This document shows positions 48,150 through 57,388 of a DNA stretch of 64,000 nt, piece after piece (position 1 is the first letter of the stretch; the number at the start of each line of letters is the position of its first letter). Under the pieces are notes generated by a model. The model worked only from the letters and a program-made list of their open reading frames with translations, was not told the DNA's origin and searched no databases. Origin of the DNA: Bacteroidia bacterium. GTDB taxonomy: Bacteria; Bacteroidota; Bacteroidia; 2-12-FULL-35-15. The stretch spans positions 1,784 to 65,783 of the forward strand of contig DASWNK010000148.1 of NCBI GenBank assembly GCA_036399275.1. The letters are read 5' to 3'. The position numbers were made by a program, and so were the translations under genes.

Positions 48150-50114
48150 ATGTTTAACCTATCGGGTAATACTGATATAACAGAAATTAATACTTTGGAA
48201 AATACTACTATAAATAACCGCGAGGGTCTAAACAGAATAGCAGAATTAGAGCACCAGTTGCTTGAAGCTAAAAACCTCATTTATGCCATCCGTCATGGAG
48301 AAGTGGATGCGCTGCTTCTGAACAAAGATGGAAAAGCAGATGTTTATTCCCTCGAAAACATTGATTATACTTACCGCGTATTAATTGAGAAATTTGCCGA
48401 AGGTGCTTTGAGCATCTCCAACGAAGGCTTGATCCTCTATTGCAATTCGTACTTTTCCGAGCTTATCAATCTTCCTATCAGCAAAATTGTGGGCTCTTAC
48501 TTTAGTTCCTACTTTTCCGACCATGAAATCTATTTAAAATTATTGACGGATATTAAGGAAGGCGTTTATAAAGGGGAAATCCTTTTAGCGATAAAAGAAA
48601 AACGGATTCCTGTTTATATTTCCATTACCAGTCTTGCACCTAATTTGCCGGGCTTTGGAATTATTTTAAATGACCTGACGGATAAGAAGAAAAGTGAACA
48701 GATCATTCTCGACCACCAGCAACAACTGGAAGAAAAAATAGAGGAGCTGAATCACCACGAAAAAAAACTTAGCCAGGCCAACAAAGCGCTTCTTCTCCAA
48801 AATGAAGAAAAAGAAAAACAAGCCGCTGAGCTGATCGCCGCAAATACCGAGCTTACGTTTATGATCGGAGAAAAAAGAAAGCGCATGGCGGAGCTGAACA
48901 TTGCTTATACGGATGTAAAAGAGCAGACTGAAGCAAAGAATAAAGCCGAAGCTGCAACGCTGATTGCTGAAGAATCCGTAAAGGCAAAGCAGCAATTCCT
49001 GGCCAATATGAGCCACGAAATAAGAACGCCGATGAATGCGATCATCGGCTTTACCAATGTGGTATTAAAAACAAAGCTGGATAAAGATCAACTAGAATAC
49101 ATCAATGCGATTAAGATCTCGGGAGATGCATTGATCATTTTAATTAATGACATTCTTGATCTTGCAAAAGTAAATGCAGGAAAGATGACCTTTGAACAAG
49201 CCCCCTTTCATTTGTCCGACTCCATTTCCACCATGCTTCATTTGTTTGAGGCAAGGATCAAAGAAAAGAATTTAGAATTGGTCCATGACTACGATCAGGC
49301 TATTCCTCGTCTTTTGATGGGCGATCCGATGCGCCTGCGTCAGATAATATTAAATCTGGCAAGCAATGCTATCAAGTTTACCTCGGAAGGAAAAATAAGC
49401 TTGCGCATTCAATTACTTGAAGAAGATGCGGAGCGTGCAACTGTTAAATTTGAATTATCCGATACGGGAATTGGAATTCCGGAAAATAAACTTGAAAACA
49501 TCTTTAACAATTTTGAACAAGCACACCTTAACACCAGTAATTCCTATGGAGGAACGGGCTTAGGGCTCGCCATCGTGAAACAGTTGGTGGAGCTTCAGGG
49601 TGGGACGGTTTTTGTTAACAGTATAACAGGCGAAGGTTCCACTTTTGGCTTTATTCTGACCTTTGATAAAGCAAACGCTGAAATAGAAAAAGAAATAGTA
49701 CCTGACCTGAAATATATTGCAAACAGTGCTATTGCGGAAACACTGATCGACAACGTAAAAGTATTGGTTGCCGAAGATCTGCCACTGAATCAACTTCTGA
49801 TAAAAATTATATTAGCGGAGTTTGGTTTCGATCTGGATATTGCCGGCAATGGTAAAATTGCCATCGAAAAACTGCGTCAGAATAAGTATGATATTGTTTT
49901 GATGGATTTGCAAATGCCCGAAATGAATGGCTTTGATGCAACCGAGTACATCCGGAAACAATTGGATTCCCAGATTCCCATTATTGCTCTTACTGCGGAT
50001 GTTACCAGCATCGATGTGGAGAGATGTAAAACCGTTGGAATGAACGATTATATTTCTAAACCCATCGACGAGAAATTATTATACAGCAAGATGGTTAAGT
50101 ACCTGAGGAAATAA
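48150..50114 (+). CDS. Hybrid sensor histidine kinase (PAS - coiled coil - HisKA - HATPase_c - receiver)
   Basis: H-box MSHEIRTPMNAIIGF. N/G boxes (LASNAIKFT, DTGIGI, GGTGLGLAI). Receiver with DIVLMDLQMPEMNG and a downstream conserved K in DYISKP. Starts 3 nt after the kaiB stop. Confidence 0.9.
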   Translation: MFNLSGNTDITEINTLENTTINNREGLNRIAELEHQLLEAKNLIYAIRHGEVDALLLNKDGKADVYSLENIDYTYRVLIEKFAEGALSISNEGLILYCNSYFSELINLPISKIVGSYFSSYFSDHEIYLKLLTDIKEGVYKGEILLAIKEKRIPVYISITSLAPNLPGFGIILNDLTDKKKSEQIILDHQQQLEEKIEELNHHEKKLSQANKALLLQNEEKEKQAAELIAANTELTFMIGEKRKRMAELNIAYTDVKEQTEAKNKAEAATLIAEESVKAKQQFLANMSHEIRTPMNAIIGFTNVVLKTKLDKDQLEYINAIKISGDALIILINDILDLAKVNAGKMTFEQAPFHLSDSISTMLHLFEARIKEKNLELVHDYDQAIPRLLMGDPMRLRQIILNLASNAIKFTSEGKISLRIQLLEEDAERATVKFELSDTGIGIPENKLENIFNNFEQAHLNTSNSYGGTGLGLAIVKQLVELQGGTVFVNSITGEGSTFGFILTFDKANAEIEKEIVPDLKYIANSAIAETLIDNVKVLVAEDLPLNQLLIKIILAEFGFDLDIAGNGKIAIEKLRQNKYDIVLMDLQMPEMNGFDATEYIRKQLDSQIPIIALTADVTSIDVERCKTVGMNDYISKPIDEKLLYSKMVKYLRK

Positions 50115-50191
50115 TAATCAGAAAAAATCATTTCAAAACCGCACGCCGCTGAACAAGCTCCCGATTGTTTGTCTGCCCTATTTTTAATCAT

Positions 50192-51154
50192 ATGCTATTT
50201 TTTAATTACCGGAGAACGGCCCTTCTTATTATTGCCGCATTGCTATCGTCTTTCGTTTCTTTTGGTCAGGCCATCGCGCCTACAAAAATGGATGAAGCCA
50301 TCTTGTCGATCTCCGACAGGACTTACGTTTCTTTCGGACAGGGGCTCGGGAATTACCGAACGCCTTATGGGATCAAGCTGTTGAATCCCTTGGTATTTGA
50401 AGGACAAGCGTCACCCGACTTTATTTTAAAGCTTTCGAAAAAAAGAAATGCCGGCTTGGCTTTCTTTCCAAAGATCGTGATCCGCATGTTTCATGAAGGC
50501 AGCGTACCGGTACGAACACCCAGCTATATGCCTAGCATCTTATTGTATCATCAGATCGACTGGCCTGTTCTTAAAAAGCCTTTCCGCTTTTTTATTGCAC
50601 CTGAAAATCAGCTCACCTTTATTACGTATCGCCTGATTCATCATTCCAATGGACAAAATGGCGACTACCTTATTCAGGGAACCGATAGCATCAATTATAT
50701 AAATGGCAACTTCTCTTCGAACGCCGCCGAGATTGCTTTTAGCTGGTCGGCCATTGATTCCAGCTCTGCCGGTAAAGCGTTTATGAATGGAAGGATCGCG
50801 TATGAGCGGCAATTAGATTTTGAACGGGAAGGTCAGATGAAGAATAGCTATTACTATAATAAGCTTACTGCCGAAAGCCATATTATTTATTCGGAAAAAA
50901 TAAAAATTTATGCGACCTATTCCTTTATGTGGGGAACAAAACAATTCGGAACAAGAAACTCACTGGATGTTTTCCTTGTGATGAAGCCCTATAGCAGGCT
51001 CGCCAACTTCTCCGTTTTTATACGAGGCTATGTTGGTCCGGATTATTACAACCTTTATTATGAGAACATGCTAAGAACCTGCACCATTGGGATCATCGCC
51101 GATCCACTAAGCATTCCGAGGTTCAGGAAAGAAAAGAAAATTTTGAAAAATTAA
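50192..51154 (+). CDS. Outer-membrane phospholipase A (OMPLA/PldA)-like beta-barrel protein
   Basis: Signal peptide from the ATG at 50192. HHSNGQ matches the OMPLA catalytic HxSNG motif. Alternating beta-strand pattern and an aromatic C-terminal region. Confidence 0.5.
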   Translation: MLFFNYRRTALLIIAALLSSFVSFGQAIAPTKMDEAILSISDRTYVSFGQGLGNYRTPYGIKLLNPLVFEGQASPDFILKLSKKRNAGLAFFPKIVIRMFHEGSVPVRTPSYMPSILLYHQIDWPVLKKPFRFFIAPENQLTFITYRLIHHSNGQNGDYLIQGTDSINYINGNFSSNAAEIAFSWSAIDSSSAGKAFMNGRIAYERQLDFEREGQMKNSYYYNKLTAESHIIYSEKIKIYATYSFMWGTKQFGTRNSLDVFLVMKPYSRLANFSVFIRGYVGPDYYNLYYENMLRTCTIGIIADPLSIPRFRKEKKILKN

Positions 51155-51182
51155 ATTTTAAAAGCGAAGATTATTTCACTTC

Positions 51183-51329
51183 TTAGTTTTTCAGGTGCAC
51201 TTCCGCTTTTCCCTGATTATATCCCGCTTTTTTTCCCAATCGATAAAACACAATTGAATTAACAATGGGAAATGCTATAAATACTAATAGCACAATGATA
51301 AGTTCTGTTCCTCCTAAGCCTATATTCAT
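51183..51329 (-). CDS. Possible 48-aa single-TM small protein (not in the ORF track)
   Basis: Hand translation gives MNIGLGGTELIIVLLVFIAFPIVNSIVFYRLGKKAGYNQGKAEVHLKN. The N-terminus is faintly TatA-like. It lies in a 275-bp gap with no other support. Confidence 0.25.
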   Translation of the reverse strand: MNIGLGGTELIIVLLVFIAFPIVNSIVFYRLGKKAGYNQGKAEVHLKN

Positions 51330-51429
51330 CTGTTTGTGTTTGTTGGTTTTACGCTTGCCAAATATAGAATAAAAAAAACAACGGGACTTTAATCCTGTTG
51401 GCGCAACGATTCATTACACATATCCTTCT

Positions 51430-52047
51430 TTACCAGCAAATAACATTCAATACATTGCTCCATGGATTCATGCCGAAACGATCGAGCACAGCAACACGAA
51501 AATAATAACGCACTCCACTTTCCAATCCGGAATGAATGAGCTTCGACTGCCTGGTGCAGGTGATCTCTTTCCAGTTTTGCTCAGCAGAGGGATCGTGTGA
51601 AATATGCCAGATAAAGGTAGCATTTGCCACATACCTGGTACTTAATTTCACTTCTCCCGAATGAGGCGTGTTGCGCACCTGGAACTCATGCGCCTGATAA
51701 GGGACCTGCACTTTCATTTCCATTCCAGCACTACGAATAATTGCTTCGGCAGAATTCGGATCCTGGTTCGCGATCCATTCCACATAAGCAGCCAGACTCT
51801 TTAAAGAAAAATCCAAAAGCAATTCTTTGGAATGCATGAAAGCAGTATCATCCGGACCACCGCCCATTGCAGTTACACGCGCTGCATCAAGCGCATCGGC
51901 ATTGGCGGTGATAACGCTAAGAGCAGGATTGGGCGCAGGAAAATGCGGATTGTCTTCCATTGAAGCTACTATGAAGCGTGTACGCGCAGTTTTTTTAGCA
52001 ACGGAAAGGCGGGATAAACGTAAAGCAACTGTTTTTTTTGACATCAT
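51430..52047 (-). CDS. Hypothetical protein with FN3-like C-terminal domain
   Basis: 205-aa ORF ending ...GVRYYFRVAVLDRFGMNPWSNVL (FN3-like G-strand pattern). Flanked by 275-bp and about 475-bp non-coding regions. Confidence 0.55.
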   Translation of the reverse strand: MMSKKTVALRLSRLSVAKKTARTRFIVASMEDNPHFPAPNPALSVITANADALDAARVTAMGGGPDDTAFMHSKELLLDFSLKSLAAYVEWIANQDPNSAEAIIRSAGMEMKVQVPYQAHEFQVRNTPHSGEVKLSTRYVANATFIWHISHDPSAEQNWKEITCTRQSKLIHSGLESGVRYYFRVAVLDRFGMNPWSNVLNVICW

Positions 52048-52523
52048 ACTCCTTTTTGTATTTGTTTTCTTTTATCTTTTAATGATAAAAAAAACAAATC
52101 GATTAAACATAAAAGCACCGCTTCAAAACTAGTTGCTTTCGCGGACAAACTACAGTTTAAACTGATCATTAATTTTTGTTCCGGAAAGCATTCATGATTC
52201 TCCGCTTCGCTTTTTCTCTTTTTTAATTACAGATTTGGATCTGTTATTTTCTCTTACCGACGGGAGTATGATACAAAGAGGAGAATTATCCTTGTAAAAT
52301 GAAAGAAAAGAGCTAAGAAGTTAAAATACAGGAGAATAACTTTGGAGGAAGCGTAAATGTTCCATAACAGTAATCTGTGAATTATGTACATTATGGCAAG
52401 AATGCTGTAAGGTTTTTATGGAAGGACAAGCTTACTTTTGCAGAGGAATTCATTTCAAATCCCCTTATTCAGTCTGGGAATGAAAGCAAGGAAGATTTTC
52501 CTGCTTTTAAATTAATATCGTTC

Positions 52524-53429
52524 ATGAGAAAACTTCAATTAAAACATTCAGGCACTTTATTGAAAACCACTTGCCAAAAATGGTTCGACCGCGACCCTTT
52601 CCGGGAAAGTGCTATCATTGGTTATAATTCTATTTTTTCCTTGCCCGGATTACTGGTAGTCGTTATTACCCTTGCCGGATATTTTTTCGGTGCGGAAGCT
52701 GTCAATGGCCGTCTTCACCGTCAGATCGCTGATGCCATGGGGAAGGATACCGCCGATCAGATCCAGGAAATGGTGATCATGGCGCATCGGAGCAAGGATT
52801 CCGTTTGGGCCGGCATCATTGCTGTTGTTACCATCTTCATAGGCGCAACCGGTGTGTTTGTACAGATGCAGAAATCATTGAACAATATCTGGGAAGTAGA
52901 AGCTACCGCAAAAAAATCGGGCTTCTTACATTTTTTAAAAACCCGTCTCTTCTCCTTTGGACTGATTATTTCCATCGCATTTTTACTGTTAATCTCTTTG
53001 GTATTGTCTTCTTTATTGTCGGCATTAAGCACCTGGGCGCAACACCATTGGTCGGATTCGGTACTGATACTTTTTAAGATCTTCAATTTTATATTTTCCA
53101 CTGCAGTGATCACTGCTTTGTTTGCAATGATGTTTAAGATCCTGCCCGATGCAAAGATCAAATGGAACCTGGTATGGATGGGGGCATTGATCACCGCGAT
53201 CTTATTCATTCTTGGCAAAGAAGCCCTGGGATTATACTTCGGAAAAGCGAATCCCGGTTCAGGATATGGCGCAGCCGGCTCGGTGATCCTGATCTTATTA
53301 TGGACGTCCTATTCTTCAATGATTGTTTTCTTTGGCGCAGAATTTACCAAAGTATATGCCGATCATTATTACGGTGAAATTCCGGCAACGGAAAATGCGG
53401 TTAAACATCATCATCCGAAAGAAAAATAA
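52524..53429 (+). CDS. YihY/BrkB family membrane protein
   Basis: Six TM helices. N-terminal FDRDPFRESAIIGYNSIFSLPG and C-terminal GAAGSVILILLWTSYSSMIVFFGAEFT blocks are typical of the family. Start set to ATG 52524; the ORF-track GTG at 52377 is possible. Confidence 0.8.
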   Translation: MRKLQLKHSGTLLKTTCQKWFDRDPFRESAIIGYNSIFSLPGLLVVVITLAGYFFGAEAVNGRLHRQIADAMGKDTADQIQEMVIMAHRSKDSVWAGIIAVVTIFIGATGVFVQMQKSLNNIWEVEATAKKSGFLHFLKTRLFSFGLIISIAFLLLISLVLSSLLSALSTWAQHHWSDSVLILFKIFNFIFSTAVITALFAMMFKILPDAKIKWNLVWMGALITAILFILGKEALGLYFGKANPGSGYGAAGSVILILLWTSYSSMIVFFGAEFTKVYADHYYGEIPATENAVKHHHPKEK

Positions 53430-53476
53430 ATTTGCAGGGTGTAATTCTAAATCAGTTAAACTGGAGAATGATAAAT

Positions 53477-53938
53477 TTATTCCATTCGTAATTTCGAGAG
53501 AAATTTTACAAATGCTTTTACTTCAGCGACAGAAATTTCAGAAGCAAAATTCTGAAACTCCGAATCCGCTTCCATTTTCCTGAGCGCTTTCACCCCTTTT
53601 GCAGTTGCCGATATGGAAAGCTTCCGGCCATTTTTGGGATCCGGTATCTTCTGAACAAATCCTTTGGTTTCCAGTCTTACTACTGTTCTGGAAACATCCG
53701 AATTCGGCTCCAGCACCATTGATTTAATTTCTTCAAGGGATAGTGCTTTGGGGTAATAATGAACAATAATTCCCAGCACATTTGATTGGATCACCGTTAA
53801 ACCATAACCTTCCAGCACCTTTTTATACCTGTCCATCAGGTAGTAATGCGTATAATGCAAATTAACAAGAATCTTGCTAAAATCCTTCCTGGGATCATCA
53901 ATGGTGGTAATCATCTTAAAAAGCTCCTCTCTCGTCAT
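53477..53938 (-). CDS. MarR-family transcriptional regulator
   Basis: Winged-HTH region LTVIQSNVLGII...LSLEEIKSMV...SDVSRTVVRLETKGFV...DPKNGRKLSISAT. ATG at 53938. Confidence 0.8.
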   Translation of the reverse strand: MTREELFKMITTIDDPRKDFSKILVNLHYTHYYLMDRYKKVLEGYGLTVIQSNVLGIIVHYYPKALSLEEIKSMVLEPNSDVSRTVVRLETKGFVQKIPDPKNGRKLSISATAKGVKALRKMEADSEFQNFASEISVAEVKAFVKFLSKLRME

Positions 53939-54001
53939 ATAACAAAAGTAGGAAGAAAGTATAAAATTTACTACATTTGTTGCACCAACAGTCAGCATAA
54001 A

Positions 54002-54403
54002 ATGAGACCACCGGATTTAGCAGAAGTATTTGAAATGACTACCAGCAAGTACTGGTTCGAGGATGGAGTTCTATACCTCGTTACCACGAAAGTACCTCAT
54101 CCTTCTTTTGAATTAGCAAAAGCTGAAACGCAGTCGTTTAAAAAACGCTTTAAGGGAAAAAAAATGTGCGCGGTAATGGATGTTACCGATGCCAGTCCGA
54201 GCTCAAAAGAAGTAAGGGATTATAACACGAAGGAATTGCCAGAAATGTTCAAAGCCATTGCTTTCATTACCCGGACTGCCTTGGGAAAGATGCTGGCCAA
54301 CTTATACCTTGGAATAAAGCCCGTCCCATTTCCTGTTAAAATTTTCAGCAATGAAGAAGAGGCAAAAAAATGGATCGCACAATTTAATAAATCCGATCAG
54401 TAG
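54002..54403 (+). CDS. Hypothetical protein, possibly STAS/SpoIIAA-like fold
   Basis: 133 aa from the ATG at 54002, divergent from marR. The fold assignment is only an impression from the pattern WFEDGVLYLV...MDVTDAS...IAFI. Confidence 0.4.
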   Translation: MRPPDLAEVFEMTTSKYWFEDGVLYLVTTKVPHPSFELAKAETQSFKKRFKGKKMCAVMDVTDASPSSKEVRDYNTKELPEMFKAIAFITRTALGKMLANLYLGIKPVPFPVKIFSNEEEAKKWIAQFNKSDQ

Positions 54404-54559
54404 TCGCTTCCCTCATTTTCTTTCTTTCTTTTTGAAATAAATTATTTTCTGCTTGTTCCGGCTCCGGAATGAAGCGTTGCTTCTCCCTTCTTCCCTACAT
54501 TATGTAAACTATCATCGCGCCCATTGATTCGTATCATCGCTGCTTTTCCGCCTTAGTCC

Positions 54560-54567
54560 TAATTTTG
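54560..54567 (+). promoter_or_regulatory. Bacteroidota -7 box (TAATTTTG)
   Basis: Perfect TAnnTTTG match 35 nt upstream of the BON-protein ATG at 54602. Confidence 0.4.
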
Positions 54568-54601
54568 CATAGATAAAAAACTGAATTAACAGAATACTAA
54601 A

Positions 54602-55273
54602 ATGATGAAAACCGATCTAGAAATTCAACAGGATGTAATGGAAGAGCTTAAATGGGAGCCTTACCTGACCGCAAGCGAAATAGGTGTGTCCGTTCGTAAA
54701 GGAGTGGTAACGCTTTCAGGGATCGTGGATACCTTCGCAAAAAAAGTGCTGGCAGAAAAAGCTGCTTTGCGCGTAGCAGGTGTAAAAGCGGTTGCTGAAG
54801 ACATTGAAGTGGAACCTGTTTCGGACGGAATAAAAAATGATACAGAAATTGCCGAAGCAGTGATGCATGCCTTAAAATGGAACAGTGCTGTTCAGGAAGA
54901 AAAAATAAAAGTTAAAGTGGAGAATGGCTGGGTAACGCTGGAAGGCGAAGTTCAGTGGGAATTCCAACGAAACACAATCAAAGCGGCTGTTGAACCACTC
55001 GTAGGGGTCGTTGGTATTTCCAATTACATTGATATTCGTCCGGAAGTTAAAGCGGAAGACGTGAAGCGCCAGATCAATTCTGCTTTTCACCGCAGCGCCA
55101 CTGTTGATGCAGAAAATGTAAAGATCAGTGTGAACGGAAGCAAAGTGGTCCTGAGCGGAAAAGTTCGTTCCTACTCTGAGAAACAAGATGCCGAAGATGC
55201 CGCATGGGCTGCTCCCGGAGTGATCACTGTTGAAAATAACATTGAAGTTGATTCGGAGATGGTGGCCTATTAA
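54602..55273 (+). CDS. BON-domain (OsmY-like) protein, three BON repeats
   Basis: The pattern V.V..G.VTLSG.V......AE.AA..V.GV..V.N.I.V recurs three times. Confidence 0.8.
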   Translation: MMKTDLEIQQDVMEELKWEPYLTASEIGVSVRKGVVTLSGIVDTFAKKVLAEKAALRVAGVKAVAEDIEVEPVSDGIKNDTEIAEAVMHALKWNSAVQEEKIKVKVENGWVTLEGEVQWEFQRNTIKAAVEPLVGVVGISNYIDIRPEVKAEDVKRQINSAFHRSATVDAENVKISVNGSKVVLSGKVRSYSEKQDAEDAAWAAPGVITVENNIEVDSEMVAY

Positions 55274-55321
55274 TTTACAGACTACTCCATATAAATAGAA
55301 AACACCTAATACTATAAGATT

Positions 55322-56143
55322 ATGATTAAGAAGATCGTTTGCCCGACAGATTTTTCCCAGGCCGCTAATAACGCAACGGAATATGCAGCAAAGCTTGCCC
55401 AGCTTTTTGGCGCCGAGGTTTTATTTATTAATGTACAAAGGGTTTCGCCCATGACTGCTGCGGTGAGCTTGGGAGAAAGCCCCACGGCCCAGGTAAGGGA
55501 GAATTCACGCATTGCAGTTCAGCTCCTGAAGGACCTGAGCGTTGAAGCCAACAAGATGTTTAAGATCTCAGCGGATTATGAAGTGGACATCACCACTAAG
55601 TCGCTGGAAAAGATCCTGTCGGAATTTGAAGGCAATGTATTGATTGTGATGGGCACCAACGGAATTGATGATACCTATCAGTATCTTTTCGGAACCAACA
55701 CGTATCAGGTGGTTCAAAAAGCAAACTGTCCGGTAATGATCATTCCCGAGAATGTTACTTACGGTGACATAAGCAAAGTTGTTTTTGCCTGGAAGGTTTA
55801 CAACAGCAAATTTGCTTATCCGGCGCTCTATGATTTTCTGGATGCTTTTCATCCGAAATTTGTTTTTCTGCACATCAATAAGGACCGAACCAAAAGCGCC
55901 GAAGATGTATTCAGGATCTTGAGGGATGTTACTATTTTTGGTGAAAAGGCCGAAACAGATTACATTGAAGTTTATTCTGACGATGTTCCTGAGAGCATTA
56001 ACCGCTACATGATACAATCACAATCGGATCTCCTTGTGCTCAGCTATCAGAATAAAGGCGCTTTAGAAAGAATATTCCGTACCAGCATTATTAAAGATAT
56101 GAGCGCAACAGCGGTTTATCCGATCTTGGTGCTGCACGGCTAA
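55322..56143 (+). CDS. Universal stress protein (tandem UspA domains)
   Basis: MIKKIVCPTDFSQAANNATEYAAKLA... and a second half ending DLLVLSYQNKGALERIFRTSIIKDMSATAVYPILVLH. Confidence 0.8.
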   Translation: MIKKIVCPTDFSQAANNATEYAAKLAQLFGAEVLFINVQRVSPMTAAVSLGESPTAQVRENSRIAVQLLKDLSVEANKMFKISADYEVDITTKSLEKILSEFEGNVLIVMGTNGIDDTYQYLFGTNTYQVVQKANCPVMIIPENVTYGDISKVVFAWKVYNSKFAYPALYDFLDAFHPKFVFLHINKDRTKSAEDVFRILRDVTIFGEKAETDYIEVYSDDVPESINRYMIQSQSDLLVLSYQNKGALERIFRTSIIKDMSATAVYPILVLHG

Positions 56144-56164
56144 TTAAATTAAATTCATTCCAAC

Positions 56165-56707
56165 ATGAAACTTGTATCTGCATTCTGCTTAATCTTCTTC
56201 TCCTGTTTTGCAGCGATAAAATGCAAAGGGCAAACCTCCCTGATGCAGGATTCGGTGAAAGAATTTAAACATGCCATTGGAGCAGGCGCGGGCTTTACCA
56301 CAGGCTATGGCTTGTCGTACCGCTTTATACCAAAACGATTTGGGATGCAGGTAAACTTCGCTCCTTATCATACATCAGAAACGGATCGATACAGTGTCGG
56401 GCTAACTTTTCTATGCCGTCTTATCCAAAGCCGGAACAGCAATTTATTTCTTTACCAGGGCAATCACTATTTTTATAATTCCGAAACCATCTCCTATGTC
56501 GAGCGCCCGCATCCCGGACAAACCACAGAGCCTCCTATCGTTACAACAAAAAACATTGAACGATATGTGAACAATGGCTTGGGAATAGGCATCGAATTCA
56601 TCATCGCCAAACGGATTGCTTTCGACCTGATGGCCGGTTATGCGGCCTATGATAATTTCAACAAGGTAAATTTTACCGGCGAAACAGGCTTGTATTTCAA
56701 GTTTTGA
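56165..56707 (+). CDS. Small outer-membrane beta-barrel protein (hypothetical)
   Basis: Signal peptide, alternating amphipathic strands and a C-terminal ...GLYFKF aromatic terminus. Confidence 0.55.
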   Translation: MKLVSAFCLIFFSCFAAIKCKGQTSLMQDSVKEFKHAIGAGAGFTTGYGLSYRFIPKRFGMQVNFAPYHTSETDRYSVGLTFLCRLIQSRNSNLFLYQGNHYFYNSETISYVERPHPGQTTEPPIVTTKNIERYVNNGLGIGIEFIIAKRIAFDLMAGYAAYDNFNKVNFTGETGLYFKF

Positions 56708-56746
56708 AAAGCGTATTTCTTTCCATAAATTAACACAAGCGAGCCC

Positions 56747-56959
56747 TTATTTTATTTCAGGATTCTTCTGCGGCTGTACTTCCGGATTGGGCAATGGCTT
56801 TATTTCCGGTTGAGGAGGCATCGGTTTCACATCCGGCTTTGGCGTTTCGGGTTTGTTCGGATCCGGTTTTGGAACAATCTCCGGTTCTATGTTAGGGACA
56901 GTTGGAGGAGCCGGAGGCTTGATCTCCGGCTTTTCCTTTTGACGATCGTTATTTTTCAT
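56747..56959 (-). CDS. Proline/lysine-rich 70-aa protein with PEIKP repeats
   Basis: About one third of residues are Pro. PEIKP-like units occur three times. The ORF overlaps the stop of the upstream TerB-like gene by 11 nt. Confidence 0.45.
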   Translation of the reverse strand: MKNNDRQKEKPEIKPPAPPTVPNIEPEIVPKPDPNKPETPKPDVKPMPPQPEIKPLPNPEVQPQKNPEIK

Positions 56960-57359
56960 CTCTGGTTTTTATTTTATTGAGTTTCTGTTCCAGCTTTTTG
57001 ATCAATGCACTTTCCTTCTTATTTGTTCCGTGATACGCAGCCGCTAATTCTTTAACAACATACAGGCAGATCTTTTTCATTTTTGAATCAAAAGCCGTAT
57101 GATGCTCCTCCACAAAATCGATGAAGGATTCAAAAGCAGATTCGGTATCAGCATTGGATTCCTCCAGGTAATCAAAAGTAATCTCCGAATAATAAGCTGC
57201 ATCGGTTCCGAATTCATCCTCGTGTGCTTCCGCTGGCACCAGCTCTTTGCTGATGATCATCTGTAATGCACGTTTTTCTTCCGGCGTGATCATGCCATCA
57301 ATATCGGCCACAGCATAAAGTAATTTCCCCAGCTCTGCATAAAACTCTTTGTAAATCAT
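56949..57359 (-). CDS. TerB-family (tellurite-resistance TerB / DjlA N-domain-like) protein
   Basis: The block LGKLLYAVADIDGMITPEEKRALQMII is typical of the TerB fold. Confidence 0.65.
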   Translation of the reverse strand: MIYKEFYAELGKLLYAVADIDGMITPEEKRALQMIISKELVPAEAHEDEFGTDAAYYSEITFDYLEESNADTESAFESFIDFVEEHHTAFDSKMKKICLYVVKELAAAYHGTNKKESALIKKLEQKLNKIKTRDEK

Positions 57360-57388
57360 CTGTTCCTCCCTTCATTTGTTCATTACGC

